A stretch of 64,000 nucleotides of DNA from Balneolaceae bacterium (lineage in GTDB: Bacteria > Bacteroidota > Rhodothermia > Balneolales > Balneolaceae), in the NCBI GenBank assembly GCA_047921075.1, contig JBLRWS010000002.1, positions 4,662 to 68,661 on the forward strand, written 5' to 3'. The stretch's first letter is position 1; each line of letters begins with the position of its first letter. Below, piece by piece: positions 50,085 through 59,790 of this stretch. Position numbers and translations under genes: made by a program. Under the pieces are notes generated by a model. That model was given only the letters and a program-made list of their open reading frames with translations. It was not told the origin of the DNA and ran no database searches.

Positions 50085-51101
50085 TTATTTACCCCAAATC
50101 CGATTCCAGAAAAGTGCAAGGTTTCGGGCGCGTACATCAAAAGAGGGCAGCGACTGATCGAATGTAACGGCCGTCCCGTCTTCAATGATCAATCGGTTCT
50201 GCCACACGAAAACGCCTTCGTCGGTGAGCCAAAAATCGTCGCGGCCAAACCGTAAATCCGAGACAATAATATCACCATCTTCAGTTTCTTTAGCGGAGTA
50301 ATAACCGCGCGAAAACCAGAGCAGCGCCTCAACAGCGCGGTCGTCCTGAAAGGGTTCAATCAAATGGCTGTTGCGTGGAATTGGTGTAAAGGTCAGGTTT
50401 GTATCCCCGTCAAAGATGGAGTACATGGCGTGGTACACGGTGTCTTGTTTCATTACATACCCGTTCCACAAAAATGTAGTGGGCCCGTTCGGGGACGCTT
50501 TAAGCCGTTCGTGCCAGCCATATTGGGCATCAAACGAGGCTTTGTACACCGAATGGACATGCGCTTTGATGCCCAGCCCGATCAGCAGATACAGGAAACC
50601 AAGGGCCAGCCCTGTGCCGTTCGCGATGCGACCCAAGCGCGGCCGGCTGCGTAGGATACGGGCCGTCAAAACACCGATTAAAACCGGTATTGTGAACAAG
50701 GGATCTATAATAAAAACCGAATCGGTAGCAGCGGGATAGTTACTGAAGGGCTGAAAAATTTGCGTACCGTAGGTTGTGGGAAGATCAATCAAAATGTGGG
50801 TTAAAATAACCCAAAACGAGAGGTGAGCCCACTGTTTCCACCCTGCGTCAAGAGTCGGGTGCACCTTCGCGATCATCCAGCCGAGAAGTGGTGAGGCCGC
50901 CACTGCAAAGAAAAAGGAGTGGGTGATGTTGCGATGGTAATAGAGCTCGTTAACGGCATCCACAAACGGATTGATGAGGATGTCAAGGTCGGGCAAGGTG
51001 CCAAGTGCAACTCCCCAGAGGGCTGCGCGGTAGCCTGCTCTTTTTCCAAGAACAGCCTCGCCAACTGCCGCTCCAAGCGTCATCTGCGTGATAGAATCCA
51101 T
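50085..51101 (-). CDS. Membrane-bound metal-dependent hydrolase (YbcI/DUF457 family)
   Basis: The N-terminal polytopic part reads MDSITQMTLGAAVGEAV...ALGTLPDLDILINPF...HRNITHS. A soluble C-terminal domain follows. Confidence 0.75.
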   Translation of the reverse strand: MDSITQMTLGAAVGEAVLGKRAGYRAALWGVALGTLPDLDILINPFVDAVNELYYHRNITHSFFFAVAASPLLGWMIAKVHPTLDAGWKQWAHLSFWVILTHILIDLPTTYGTQIFQPFSNYPAATDSVFIIDPLFTIPVLIGVLTARILRSRPRLGRIANGTGLALGFLYLLIGLGIKAHVHSVYKASFDAQYGWHERLKASPNGPTTFLWNGYVMKQDTVYHAMYSIFDGDTNLTFTPIPRNSHLIEPFQDDRAVEALLWFSRGYYSAKETEDGDIIVSDLRFGRDDFWLTDEGVFVWQNRLIIEDGTAVTFDQSLPSFDVRARNLALFWNRIWGK

Positions 51102-51251
51102 AATTTAAATCGTTTTACAAAAAGGCAGAACCGTTGTTGATGATCTTTTGTTCAAACGTTGACGAATTGTTACAAAATAAAGCGTTGGCTTTTAAATCTT
51201 TAACATCAGCGTGAAAAGATCAGCGCAAACATTTCGTTACATTATCACCTG

Positions 51252-52574
51252 ATGAACCTGTTATTTATGAAAATATTAAAAACATACTGTGTATTAGCGT
51301 TTATACTGTTGCTATCAACGTCGTGTACGAACACCGATGAAGGTAACGATCAAGAGTCGCTCATCATACCATCTGTTGAAGCTGTACAAGCCCAATTTGG
51401 AAGCCTTCCCCTTCAGGAGCGATTAAGCGGTGTAGTGCGGGCGCAAAAACAAGTGGAAATTTTTCCACGTATTGCTGCACAAGTTGAGGAGGTTCGGGTT
51501 CAAAACGGTGATTTTGTTGAAGAAGGTGAGCTGTTGGTAAAACTGCGCGACAATGAATACCGGGAGCAGCTCCGCCAGGCAGAGGCCAATCTGCGTATTG
51601 CGCGGGCCCAGGTTCGTCAGGCTGAGGCTGCCCAAAACGAAGCGGCATCTCTTTTGCGCCGGGAACGGATTTTGGACGATCGGGACCTGTCCACCGAAAT
51701 TCAAATGGAACGGCTGGAAGCGCAGCTCGAATCAGCCGAGGCCAATCTGGAACTGGCCAATGCGCAGGTAGAACAGGCACTGTCTAATGTTGCAGAGCAG
51801 CAGGAAGCACTCTCCCAAACGGAAATTCGTGCGCCGATTACGGGGACGGTGGGTCAGCGTGCAGCCGAGCCCGGCATGATGGCTACAACAGGGTCCCGCC
51901 TGTTTGTGATGGGAGACTTAAATGACGCGCGGGTGCTGGTTAACCTGACCGAGCGGATGCTTACATACATTGAGGTGGGGCAAACAGCACGGGTTGCTTC
52001 TGAGGGCATGGAAAACAAGGTGCTCGAGGGAGAAGTCTCGCGCATCTCTCCGTTTTTAGGCCAGGGGAGCTTTAGTACAGAGGCTGAAATTGATATTTCC
52101 AACACTCGTGATCTGCTGCTGCCGGGCATGTTTGTGACGGTGGATATTTTCTATGGCGAAAGTGAGCAGGCCACAATCATACCGCTGAGTGCCATCTACC
52201 GCCATCCACAAACCGGTGAAACCGGCGTCTTTCGAGCACCCGGTTTTGGAGCAGAAGTCGAACCCGCCGAGACGGTAGATAGTGAAAATCCGCCGGCGCT
52301 AAGCAGCCCAACAGAGATGGAGTTTGTGCCGATTAATGTGGTGGCACGGGGCCGAGAAACTGCCGGGGTAACCGGCGTACAGAGTGGAGACTGGGTCGTA
52401 ACCATTGGCCAAAACCTGCTCATCAACAATGAGGCCGGACAAGCTCGTATTCGCGCGGTGTCGTGGAACCGAATTATTGACCTGCAGCGATTGCAGCCAC
52501 AGGATTTACTGCGCGAAGTGATGCGGGAAAAAGTGGCCCGAAGCAATGGTGCCGATACACAAACACAATCCTGA
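51252..52574 (+). CDS. RND efflux periplasmic adaptor (membrane fusion protein)
   Basis: Lipobox-like LLLSTSC is followed by long coiled-coil hairpin segments and IRAPITGTVG (lipoyl-like motif). It lies directly upstream of the RND permease. An alternative start is at 51267. Confidence 0.88.
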   Translation: MNLLFMKILKTYCVLAFILLLSTSCTNTDEGNDQESLIIPSVEAVQAQFGSLPLQERLSGVVRAQKQVEIFPRIAAQVEEVRVQNGDFVEEGELLVKLRDNEYREQLRQAEANLRIARAQVRQAEAAQNEAASLLRRERILDDRDLSTEIQMERLEAQLESAEANLELANAQVEQALSNVAEQQEALSQTEIRAPITGTVGQRAAEPGMMATTGSRLFVMGDLNDARVLVNLTERMLTYIEVGQTARVASEGMENKVLEGEVSRISPFLGQGSFSTEAEIDISNTRDLLLPGMFVTVDIFYGESEQATIIPLSAIYRHPQTGETGVFRAPGFGAEVEPAETVDSENPPALSSPTEMEFVPINVVARGRETAGVTGVQSGDWVVTIGQNLLINNEAGQARIRAVSWNRIIDLQRLQPQDLLREVMREKVARSNGADTQTQS

Positions 52575-52585
52575 TTGCCAAAATT

Positions 52586-55500
52586 ATGGGAATTACAGAG
52601 ACATCCATAAAACGCCCCATCGCCACAGCGATGGTCTACCTGATTGTGATCGTTCTTGGTATTGCCGGCTTTCGCTTTTTACCGGTCGATTTGCTGCCGC
52701 CTATTGAATATCCGCGGCTTTCAGTATCGATTAATTACCCAAATGTTGGGCCCGAAGAGATTGAGACGATCATTACCGATCAGCTCGAAAATGCACTGGC
52801 CGGCGTTGCGAATTTGGAAGAGGTTACCTCTACATCGTCGGAAGGCCAGAGCCGGGTAAATCTGAACTTCTCGAGAAATACCAATCTGGATGAAGCCGCT
52901 AATGATGTGCGCGCCGCCCTCGACCGGGTGCGCCGAAACCTACCGGAGGAAGCGGACCCACCTCGCGTTCGAAAGTTTGATCCGAACGACTTTCCCGTTG
53001 TCGTGCTCGGTGCACAATCAACCCGGCAGCTCGACGAATTGACCCGCATGCTGGAGCGCGACATATCCAAGCGGCTGGAGCAGATACCCGGCGTGGGTAC
53101 CATCGACGTGTGGGGAGGAGTGCATCGCGAGATACGTGTAGACTTGAAACGCGATCGTCTTACAGCGAGCGGATTAACCGGCCTGGATGTGCGTAATGCC
53201 ATTGTTGCCGAGAACAGTACACTGCCGGGGGGGAACGTGCGCGATGGATTTACCGATCTGTATGTGCGAACACTGGGCGAGTATACATCCATCGATCAGA
53301 TCAGCGAAACTATTGTGGGAGTGGTGGATGGCCGTCCGATTCGGGTTCGGGATGTGGCCACCGTTGAGGATGATTATCAGGATATCGGTCGATTGGTGAG
53401 TATCAATGATGAGCCGATGATTCGAATGGGCATCCGCAAGCAGACCGGTGCCAATACGGTGGAGGTATCGGAGGGAATAGCGCGTGAGATAGAGCTAATC
53501 AATAGTGAGCGCGATGATCTGCAACTCACCATTATTACCGATCAGAGTGATTTTATACGAAATTCCATAGAAAATGTGCAAGAGGCGGCTGTTTGGGGAG
53601 CGCTCTTTGCGATTTTTATTCTCTATCTGTTTTTAAGGAACGGCTCAACGACCTTTATCATCTCACTGGCCATTCCAATATCCATCATCGCCACATTTGG
53701 CCTGCTCTATTTTAATGGGCTCACGCTTAATCAGATGAGTTTTGGAGGGCTGGCTTTGGGGGTTGGCCTCATTGTTGATAACGCCATTGTGGTGCTCGAA
53801 AACATTGTTCGGCTCAGGAGTCAGGGCAAATCACTGTACGAAAGTTCGCTGGTTGGTACCAAAGAGGTGGGCGGTGCAATTATTGCATCAACGCTTACTA
53901 CATCGGTGATCTTTTTGCCGGTTGTGTTTATGCAGACGATCACCGGTACGCTGTTTCAACAGCTTGCATTGGTGGTTGTTTTCGCTCTTTTCTGCTCGCT
54001 GTTTGTAGCCCTGACCCTGGTTCCGATGATGGCCAGCAAGTTTATGACCATTAAGCCCGATGCGGAAGGCGGAGAGGAGAAGAAAGGGCGCTTCCAAAAA
54101 CTGTTTGAGCGTGTGGAAGATCGATACAGCAATGTTTTAACAACTGCAATTAACCGTCGATTTGTTGTATTTGGCATTACCGCGCTGTTGCTGGGTGGCT
54201 CCATTTACGGTTGGGGGTTTGTCTCTCAGGAACTTGCCCCTCAGACTGAAGCCGATGAAGTACGTGTCGATTTTTATCTGCCTGACGGAATGAATATTGC
54301 GGTAGCCAACCGGTATCTCGAAGAGCTGAAAGTCCGGGTGGAAGCACTGACTCCAATGGATCAGGTGAAATATATGAGTACAGAAGTGCGGAGCGGGCGC
54401 GCACAGGTAGAACTGGTGATGAAAGATCAGTCGGAGCGCTCCATAAGCACATATGACCTGGCGGATGATTTGCGCAACAACCTTGAGGGTTCCATTCCCG
54501 GCGGCGAGTTTCGCGTGCGAGCTCAGACCGGCCTGTGGATACTGCGCCGTATTTTTGGTTCGGGCGGAGACGAAGCCATTCAGTTACAGCTTCGAGGGTA
54601 TGACTTGGATCAGTCCGAAGAAATTGCCAACAACATTGTAAGCCGGATAGAGCGCATTCCGGAAATTCGGGGCGTGCGTTCCGATCGCCAGGAAGGCCGT
54701 CCGGAGCAGAATATTGTTTTTGACCGCAACCGGATTGCCGAACTGGGTTTAACGGCACGTGATATCGCTCAGGCTATTCAAACCAATGTAGGGGGCTCCC
54801 GCGCCGGTGTGTTTCGGGAAGGTGGCGATGAGTTCGACATTACGGTTCGTTTGCAGGAGCAGGATCGTGAGAGCACACTCGATCTGGATAATATTTCGGT
54901 TCGCACGGCATCCGGCGAAACGGTACCGGTGTCAACCGTAATCCGTCAAATTTCGTCGCGCGGGCCGGTATCTATCAACCGCATCAACGGGCAACGGGTC
55001 ACGTATGTCACAGCTAATTTGGAGAGCGGCATTCCGCTGGGCGAGGCGGTACAGAAAATACAGGCGGAACTGTCTGACCTGGCACTTCCGGCCGGATTCA
55101 GTATCGTATATGGTGGAGAGTTTGAAGAGCAGCAGCGCGCACAAATGGATTTTTTAATCTCCATCATCATGGCCTTTGTGCTTATCTATATGGTGATGGC
55201 TGCACAGTTTGAACGCTTTCTTGATCCGCTGATCGTAATGTTTTCGGTGCCTGTTGCGATCGTGGGAGTTGTGCCAACACTATTGCTCACCGGCACCACC
55301 ATCAACATGCAGAGCATCATGGGCATCATAATGCTGATCGGTATTGTGGTGAACAACGCCATTGTGTTGGTAGATTATATCAACCTGATGCGCCGCGACC
55401 GGAAGATGAACGTATTTCAGGCCGTGGTTGAATCGGGCAGGCTTCGTCTTCGTCCCATCCTGATGACAACCCTCACAACGGTATTGGGTTTGTTGCCGCT

Positions 55501-55711
55501 CTCCTTTGGATTTGGTGCCGGGGGCGAAATTCAAGCAGCATTGGCCCGGGTTGTGATTGGCGGACTTATCGCCTCTACCCTCATCACACTGATTTTAATT
55601 CCTGTTGTATATAAAACCATGGATGATGTGAAGGTGTACCTGCAAGAGAAGAAAGAGGCGTGGATAACAAGCAAAGCAGCCGAACCGGTACCGGTTAAAG
55701 CGGGGAATTAG
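52586..55711 (+). CDS. RND efflux transporter permease (AcrB/HAE family)
   Basis: The 1041 aa product has a 12-TM architecture. Motifs are SIKRPIATAMVYL, GLIVDNAIVVLENI and IGIVVNNAIVLVDY. Confidence 0.93.
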   Translation: MGITETSIKRPIATAMVYLIVIVLGIAGFRFLPVDLLPPIEYPRLSVSINYPNVGPEEIETIITDQLENALAGVANLEEVTSTSSEGQSRVNLNFSRNTNLDEAANDVRAALDRVRRNLPEEADPPRVRKFDPNDFPVVVLGAQSTRQLDELTRMLERDISKRLEQIPGVGTIDVWGGVHREIRVDLKRDRLTASGLTGLDVRNAIVAENSTLPGGNVRDGFTDLYVRTLGEYTSIDQISETIVGVVDGRPIRVRDVATVEDDYQDIGRLVSINDEPMIRMGIRKQTGANTVEVSEGIAREIELINSERDDLQLTIITDQSDFIRNSIENVQEAAVWGALFAIFILYLFLRNGSTTFIISLAIPISIIATFGLLYFNGLTLNQMSFGGLALGVGLIVDNAIVVLENIVRLRSQGKSLYESSLVGTKEVGGAIIASTLTTSVIFLPVVFMQTITGTLFQQLALVVVFALFCSLFVALTLVPMMASKFMTIKPDAEGGEEKKGRFQKLFERVEDRYSNVLTTAINRRFVVFGITALLLGGSIYGWGFVSQELAPQTEADEVRVDFYLPDGMNIAVANRYLEELKVRVEALTPMDQVKYMSTEVRSGRAQVELVMKDQSERSISTYDLADDLRNNLEGSIPGGEFRVRAQTGLWILRRIFGSGGDEAIQLQLRGYDLDQSEEIANNIVSRIERIPEIRGVRSDRQEGRPEQNIVFDRNRIAELGLTARDIAQAIQTNVGGSRAGVFREGGDEFDITVRLQEQDRESTLDLDNISVRTASGETVPVSTVIRQISSRGPVSINRINGQRVTYVTANLESGIPLGEAVQKIQAELSDLALPAGFSIVYGGEFEEQQRAQMDFLISIIMAFVLIYMVMAAQFERFLDPLIVMFSVPVAIVGVVPTLLLTGTTINMQSIMGIIMLIGIVVNNAIVLVDYINLMRRDRKMNVFQAVVESGRLRLRPILMTTLTTVLGLLPLSFGFGAGGEIQAALARVVIGGLIASTLITLILIPVVYKTMDDVKVYLQEKKEAWITSKAAEPVPVKAGN

Positions 55712-55812
55712 TCGGCTGTTGATCGACATTTGGCGGCGTTTCAATTGGCATCTTCAGTATTCTAACGAATGAGATTGGGGGTTTCGGCGTTGTTTAAAAA
55801 AAACGAAACACC

Positions 55813-56433
55813 ATGATGACCCGATTTCAATTTGTAGTTGTTGTTCCCTTCCTGCTATTGGCCACTCTGGCTATTTCAGCTCCGGTAAGCGCTCAAAATG
55901 TGACAGTAAACGTCGAAGAAAGCCAGCTGGTGGTTGAGGGCAATTCCACGCTGCATCGATGGAGTGTGGATGCCACTGTATTTCACATCCTGTTCAATGT
56001 ACCGGAGGCGTGGTTTGAAACCGTCGACAACTGGAACGCAGAGGAAGTGATTCAGCTGCGGGTGTCGGTGCCGATACGAAATATGGATGGCGGCCGAAGC
56101 CGGATGAACCGAGACCTGCGCAATGCCTTGAATGCAGATCAGCATCCGGTGATTGTCTTTGCCTGGAACAACCTGAGCGTAAAGCCAGACTCTAACGACC
56201 AAAACAGAGCAACCCTTCAGGTAGAGGGTGAATTAACCATCAATGGGGTGACCCGGGATGTTGCGTTCGATTCGGATGCCGAATTGCGTGACGGACAAAT
56301 GATCGTAAAGGGAACCGTATCTTTGAATATGAAAGATTACGATGTAGATCCGCCAACGGCAATGCTTGGTGCGATACGTGCAAGTGAAGAGGTAAGCCTG
56401 AACTTCAGCGTGCAATTTGGAAGAGAGGAGTAA
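55813..56433 (+). CDS. YceI-family periplasmic protein
   Basis: A signal peptide is followed by SQLVVEGNSTLHRWSV...GELTINGVTRDV. Confidence 0.75.
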   Translation: MMTRFQFVVVVPFLLLATLAISAPVSAQNVTVNVEESQLVVEGNSTLHRWSVDATVFHILFNVPEAWFETVDNWNAEEVIQLRVSVPIRNMDGGRSRMNRDLRNALNADQHPVIVFAWNNLSVKPDSNDQNRATLQVEGELTINGVTRDVAFDSDAELRDGQMIVKGTVSLNMKDYDVDPPTAMLGAIRASEEVSLNFSVQFGREE

Positions 56434-56673
56434 CGCTTTTTCTGAATGCGTTATTACCAATATACGGTGGTTGTGCCCAACGGAACAAAAGAGATTCAGA
56501 ACCCACAATAAATGTATAACCTTTGTATAAATTTCGTTAATTTATATGCGCTTAATAAGAAGATAAAAACATTGTATTATCTGCACAGCGCACGGCGGTT
56601 TCGCCTTTTGATCCCTTTTTTTTGATCGGGTGCGTGCCGTTTGTCAATCGTAAACGTTCTGTTTAAAATCACC

Positions 56674-57072
56674 ATGCCAAAAAAAATCGGATCCCTTACC
56701 CTGTACTCGGTAGATGACCTCCATGAGCTATTGGGGATGAGTAAAATGACCATCCGGGCCTACCTGCGCGAAGGACGGCTGAAAGGAAAAAAACTGGGCG
56801 TACAATGGTATGTGACCGAAGAGGCTATCCGTGCCTATTTTGAGGATGAGCCCGAAGCGAGCCGCCAAAAAAAGCGCGAGGTTACCTATGTTGTGCAGGG
56901 AGTGAATGATCTGGTAAGCGAAACCGAAACGTGCGCCACCATACAGGAAACACTCGACGTACTCGATTCGCAGGCGATCATTAGCCTGTTTCAGGTACAG
57001 ATAACCGATGCGGAAAGCGGCGAGATATTGGATATTGTTAAAGGACGGGATTTTATTGAACGCCACCGATAA
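56674..57072 (+). CDS. Excisionase-type (HTH_17/MerR-like) DNA-binding protein with an unassigned C-terminal domain
   Basis: LYSVDDLHELLGMSKMTIRAYLREGRLKGKKLGVQWYVTEEAIRAYF is the HTH_17 pattern. The remaining 70 aa are unknown. Confidence 0.65.
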   Translation: MPKKIGSLTLYSVDDLHELLGMSKMTIRAYLREGRLKGKKLGVQWYVTEEAIRAYFEDEPEASRQKKREVTYVVQGVNDLVSETETCATIQETLDVLDSQAIISLFQVQITDAESGEILDIVKGRDFIERHR

Positions 57073-57081
57073 ACCAGAGAT

Positions 57082-57369
57082 ATGAAACGAACAAAACTGG
57101 ATGTGTTTTCTTTTGGAGACGACCCGGAAGATACATTTTACTGCCTCGTTGACCTGCAGGTTAGCCCGGAAGGGTTGCGTGTTGAAAAACTAAAGCTAAG
57201 CGATCCGCGCACCTTTGATGAGCAGCTAAAACAGAGCGGCTGTTTGATGATGCTCACCGGAGATGAAGTAAATGAGTTGGTTCGGCGCGGGGACCTTGAT
57301 CGAGACCGGCTGGAAGAGACGATTACCGATCTTGCACGTCGGGAAGGTGTCCTAAAACCGTCATCATAA
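57082..57369 (+). CDS. Hypothetical protein (95 aa), probably co-transcribed with the HTH gene
   Basis: It starts 9 bp after the preceding stop on the same strand. No recognised motif. Confidence 0.55.
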   Translation: MKRTKLDVFSFGDDPEDTFYCLVDLQVSPEGLRVEKLKLSDPRTFDEQLKQSGCLMMLTGDEVNELVRRGDLDRDRLEETITDLARREGVLKPSS

Positions 57370-57975
57370 ATCGACGGGAAACGGTTCATTTTTTAGCCAC
57401 CACCGGCGCGCCATCGTCAGGGCGCAGATGGTTTTTCCGTCTTTTAGCTCATCGTTCTCAATACACTGCAGCGCGTCTTTAAAGGAGATGCGGGAGTTGA
57501 TCAAAAACTCATCCTCATCCGACGATTTCTCTTGCAGCGTAAGTCCCCATGCTACAAATACATGAATCTCTTCATTGGCATACCCGATGGCAGGAAAGAA
57601 CGAGCCGACACGCACCAGGTGCTCGCACTGAAGTCCGCTCTCCTCTTCCATCTCCCGCCGTGCAGTCACGTGGGGCTCTTCGCCGGGATCGAGTTTACCG
57701 GCCGGCACTTCCAAAAAAAGCCGGCCAGCGGGGTAACGAAACTGCTTCAGCAGCATGATGGTACCATCTTCAAACACCGGTACCACGGCACTGGCGCCGG
57801 GGTGATCGATCCAGTCGCGGGTAGATCGGTTTCCATCAGGCAGGCGAACATCATCAACATATACCTGAAGCAAGCGTCCGTCAAATACCTTGCGGGAGTC
57901 GATTTTGGTCTCTTTTAGTTGGTGAAGGTCCGATTGGGAACGGCTCGAATCTTTTGGAGTCATAGTACATCTCAA
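57364..57975 (-). CDS. NUDIX hydrolase (ADP-ribose pyrophosphatase-like)
   Basis: GKLDPGEEPHVTARREMEEESGL is the Nudix box. Confidence 0.88.
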   Translation of the reverse strand: MRCTMTPKDSSRSQSDLHQLKETKIDSRKVFDGRLLQVYVDDVRLPDGNRSTRDWIDHPGASAVVPVFEDGTIMLLKQFRYPAGRLFLEVPAGKLDPGEEPHVTARREMEEESGLQCEHLVRVGSFFPAIGYANEEIHVFVAWGLTLQEKSSDEDEFLINSRISFKDALQCIENDELKDGKTICALTMARRWWLKNEPFPVDL

Positions 57976-58025
57976 ATGTAAAAAGTGTACCTTTCATACG
58001 AGTAAATTTAAAAATCTACGGCCCC

Positions 58026-58616
58026 ATGAAAGACGTAATTAACGTTGATGGGAAGAAGGTATTGGTTAAAGATGAGATTTACACCTGGTCGAATTTAATT
58101 TCGTTGAGCCGGGTCCTTGTCACAATTCCAATCATCTACCTTCATTACGAAAACCAGAAGGAATTCAATTCCTTGATAGTTGGACTCATCGCTTATGGCG
58201 CTATTTCTGACTATCTGGATGGCCTCGTGGCCCGGTTGCGCAATGAAGTGTCGGAGGTGGGTAAAGTGCTCGATCCCGTTGCCGACAAGATTATGGCATT
58301 TATGCTGTTTTTCTACACGGTGTGGCTGGGGTGGATTCCGCTGTGGTTTTTTCTGATTGGCGTGGTGCGCGATCTGCTGATTATGGCCGGTTCGGGCTAC
58401 ATCAAAAAGAAGCGCGGCAAGGTGGCCATGTCAACCATGTGGGGAAAAGTGTCGGTGAATGTGCTGGCGGCCTACTGGCTGGTTGTATTCTTTTTTCAGG
58501 ATCTTGAAACACTGCACACGGTGCTGATGATTGCCTCACTTTTTATGATGATTGTCTCCTTCGTGGAATATGTGCACCGCTACAAGCGAATTTTAGACGG
58601 TGCAGATTTTAATTAA
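58026..58616 (+). CDS. CDP-alcohol phosphatidyltransferase family protein
   Basis: DYLDGLVARLRNEVSEVGKVLDPVADK matches D(x)2DG(x)2AR(x)8G(x)3D(x)3D. The protein is polytopic. Confidence 0.88.
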   Translation: MKDVINVDGKKVLVKDEIYTWSNLISLSRVLVTIPIIYLHYENQKEFNSLIVGLIAYGAISDYLDGLVARLRNEVSEVGKVLDPVADKIMAFMLFFYTVWLGWIPLWFFLIGVVRDLLIMAGSGYIKKKRGKVAMSTMWGKVSVNVLAAYWLVVFFFQDLETLHTVLMIASLFMMIVSFVEYVHRYKRILDGADFN

Positions 58617-58628
58617 AGCAATAGATTG

Positions 58629-59582
58629 ATGAGCTGGTTAAACAAATTAGGACTAAAGAAAAAAGAAAAACTCGATCAGGGTGTGGAGAAAAGCCGTGAT
58701 GGCTTGCTTAGCAAAATTGGCAAAGCCGTTGCCGGCAAAGATACGGTTGATGCCGCCACTCTGGATGAGCTGGAAGATATTTTAATCACCTCTGATGTGG
58801 GTGTAAAAACCACCATCGAAATCATCAATCGGATTGAAGAACGGGTGGCCCGCGATAAATTTCTGTCGCAGGAAGAGCTTCAGGTAATGCTGAAGGAAGA
58901 GATTGTGGCCTTGCTTCGGGAAAACCGGCCCGAGCAGCCCTCCGAGTTTGATGCCGATTTTCCACAGAAACCGCATATCGTACTGGTAGTGGGGGTGAAT
59001 GGTGTGGGGAAAACCACCAGCATTGGCAAGCTCGCCTCCATGTATAAAAAAGCGGGCAAAAAAGTGGTGCTCGGTGCAGCCGATACATTTCGCGCAGCAG
59101 CTGTTAACCAGCTGATTATCTGGAGTGAGAGGGCCGATGTGCCGATCATTCAACAAGGACAAAATGCTGACCCTGCCGCCGTTGCGTTTGATACGGTGTC
59201 GGCCGCAGTGGCACGGGGTGCCGATGTGGCGTTGATCGATACCGCCGGCCGGTTGCACAATAAAAAGGGGCTGATGGAAGAGCTCGGTAAAATAAAACGG
59301 GTGATGGGTAAAGTGGTGGATGGCGCACCGCACGAAATTTTGCTTGTGCTGGACGCCTCAACCGGACAAAACGCCATGATGCAGGCAAAGGCATTTACCG
59401 ATGTGGTAGATGTAACCGGGCTGGTGCTAACCAAGCTCGATGGTACCGCCAAGGGTGGTATCGTAATTGGAATATCCAACGAACTGGATGTGCCGGTCAA
59501 ATACATCGGCGTAGGCGAGCAGATCGAAGATTTACAGGTTTTTGATCGGGAAGCGTTTGTGGGCGCTCTTTTTGGGGCGTAA
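58629..59582 (+). CDS. ftsY: Signal recognition particle receptor FtsY
   Basis: Motifs are GVNGVGKTTSIGKLA, DTAGRL and TKLDGTAKGG. The N-terminal region is short. The ATG at 58629 lies one codon inside the ORF-track TTG. Confidence 0.94.
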   Translation: MSWLNKLGLKKKEKLDQGVEKSRDGLLSKIGKAVAGKDTVDAATLDELEDILITSDVGVKTTIEIINRIEERVARDKFLSQEELQVMLKEEIVALLRENRPEQPSEFDADFPQKPHIVLVVGVNGVGKTTSIGKLASMYKKAGKKVVLGAADTFRAAAVNQLIIWSERADVPIIQQGQNADPAAVAFDTVSAAVARGADVALIDTAGRLHNKKGLMEELGKIKRVMGKVVDGAPHEILLVLDASTGQNAMMQAKAFTDVVDVTGLVLTKLDGTAKGGIVIGISNELDVPVKYIGVGEQIEDLQVFDREAFVGALFGA

Positions 59583-59790
59583 AAAAACAAGCCGAGCTGT
59601 TTGCCATCAGGATGTGGACTGAGCACCGGGCAAAGAGCGGCCTCTTTCTGCTGAACTGGGAAAACTCGCTTCAATGGCTATTTTCGAGGCTTGCAGATCA
59701 GCCGGGCATTTAGCACATTGCAATTTGTAGTTGCAACATCGGTTTAATTGCTCCAGTGCCATGAACTACCCTTGCTCTTGCTCGCCCCGA

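Noticed and set aside
51252-55711. An RND pump lacking an outer-membrane factor gene, considered as an anomaly.
   Set aside because: Two-gene MFP-RND operons that borrow an outer-membrane factor encoded elsewhere are common. Not noteworthy.
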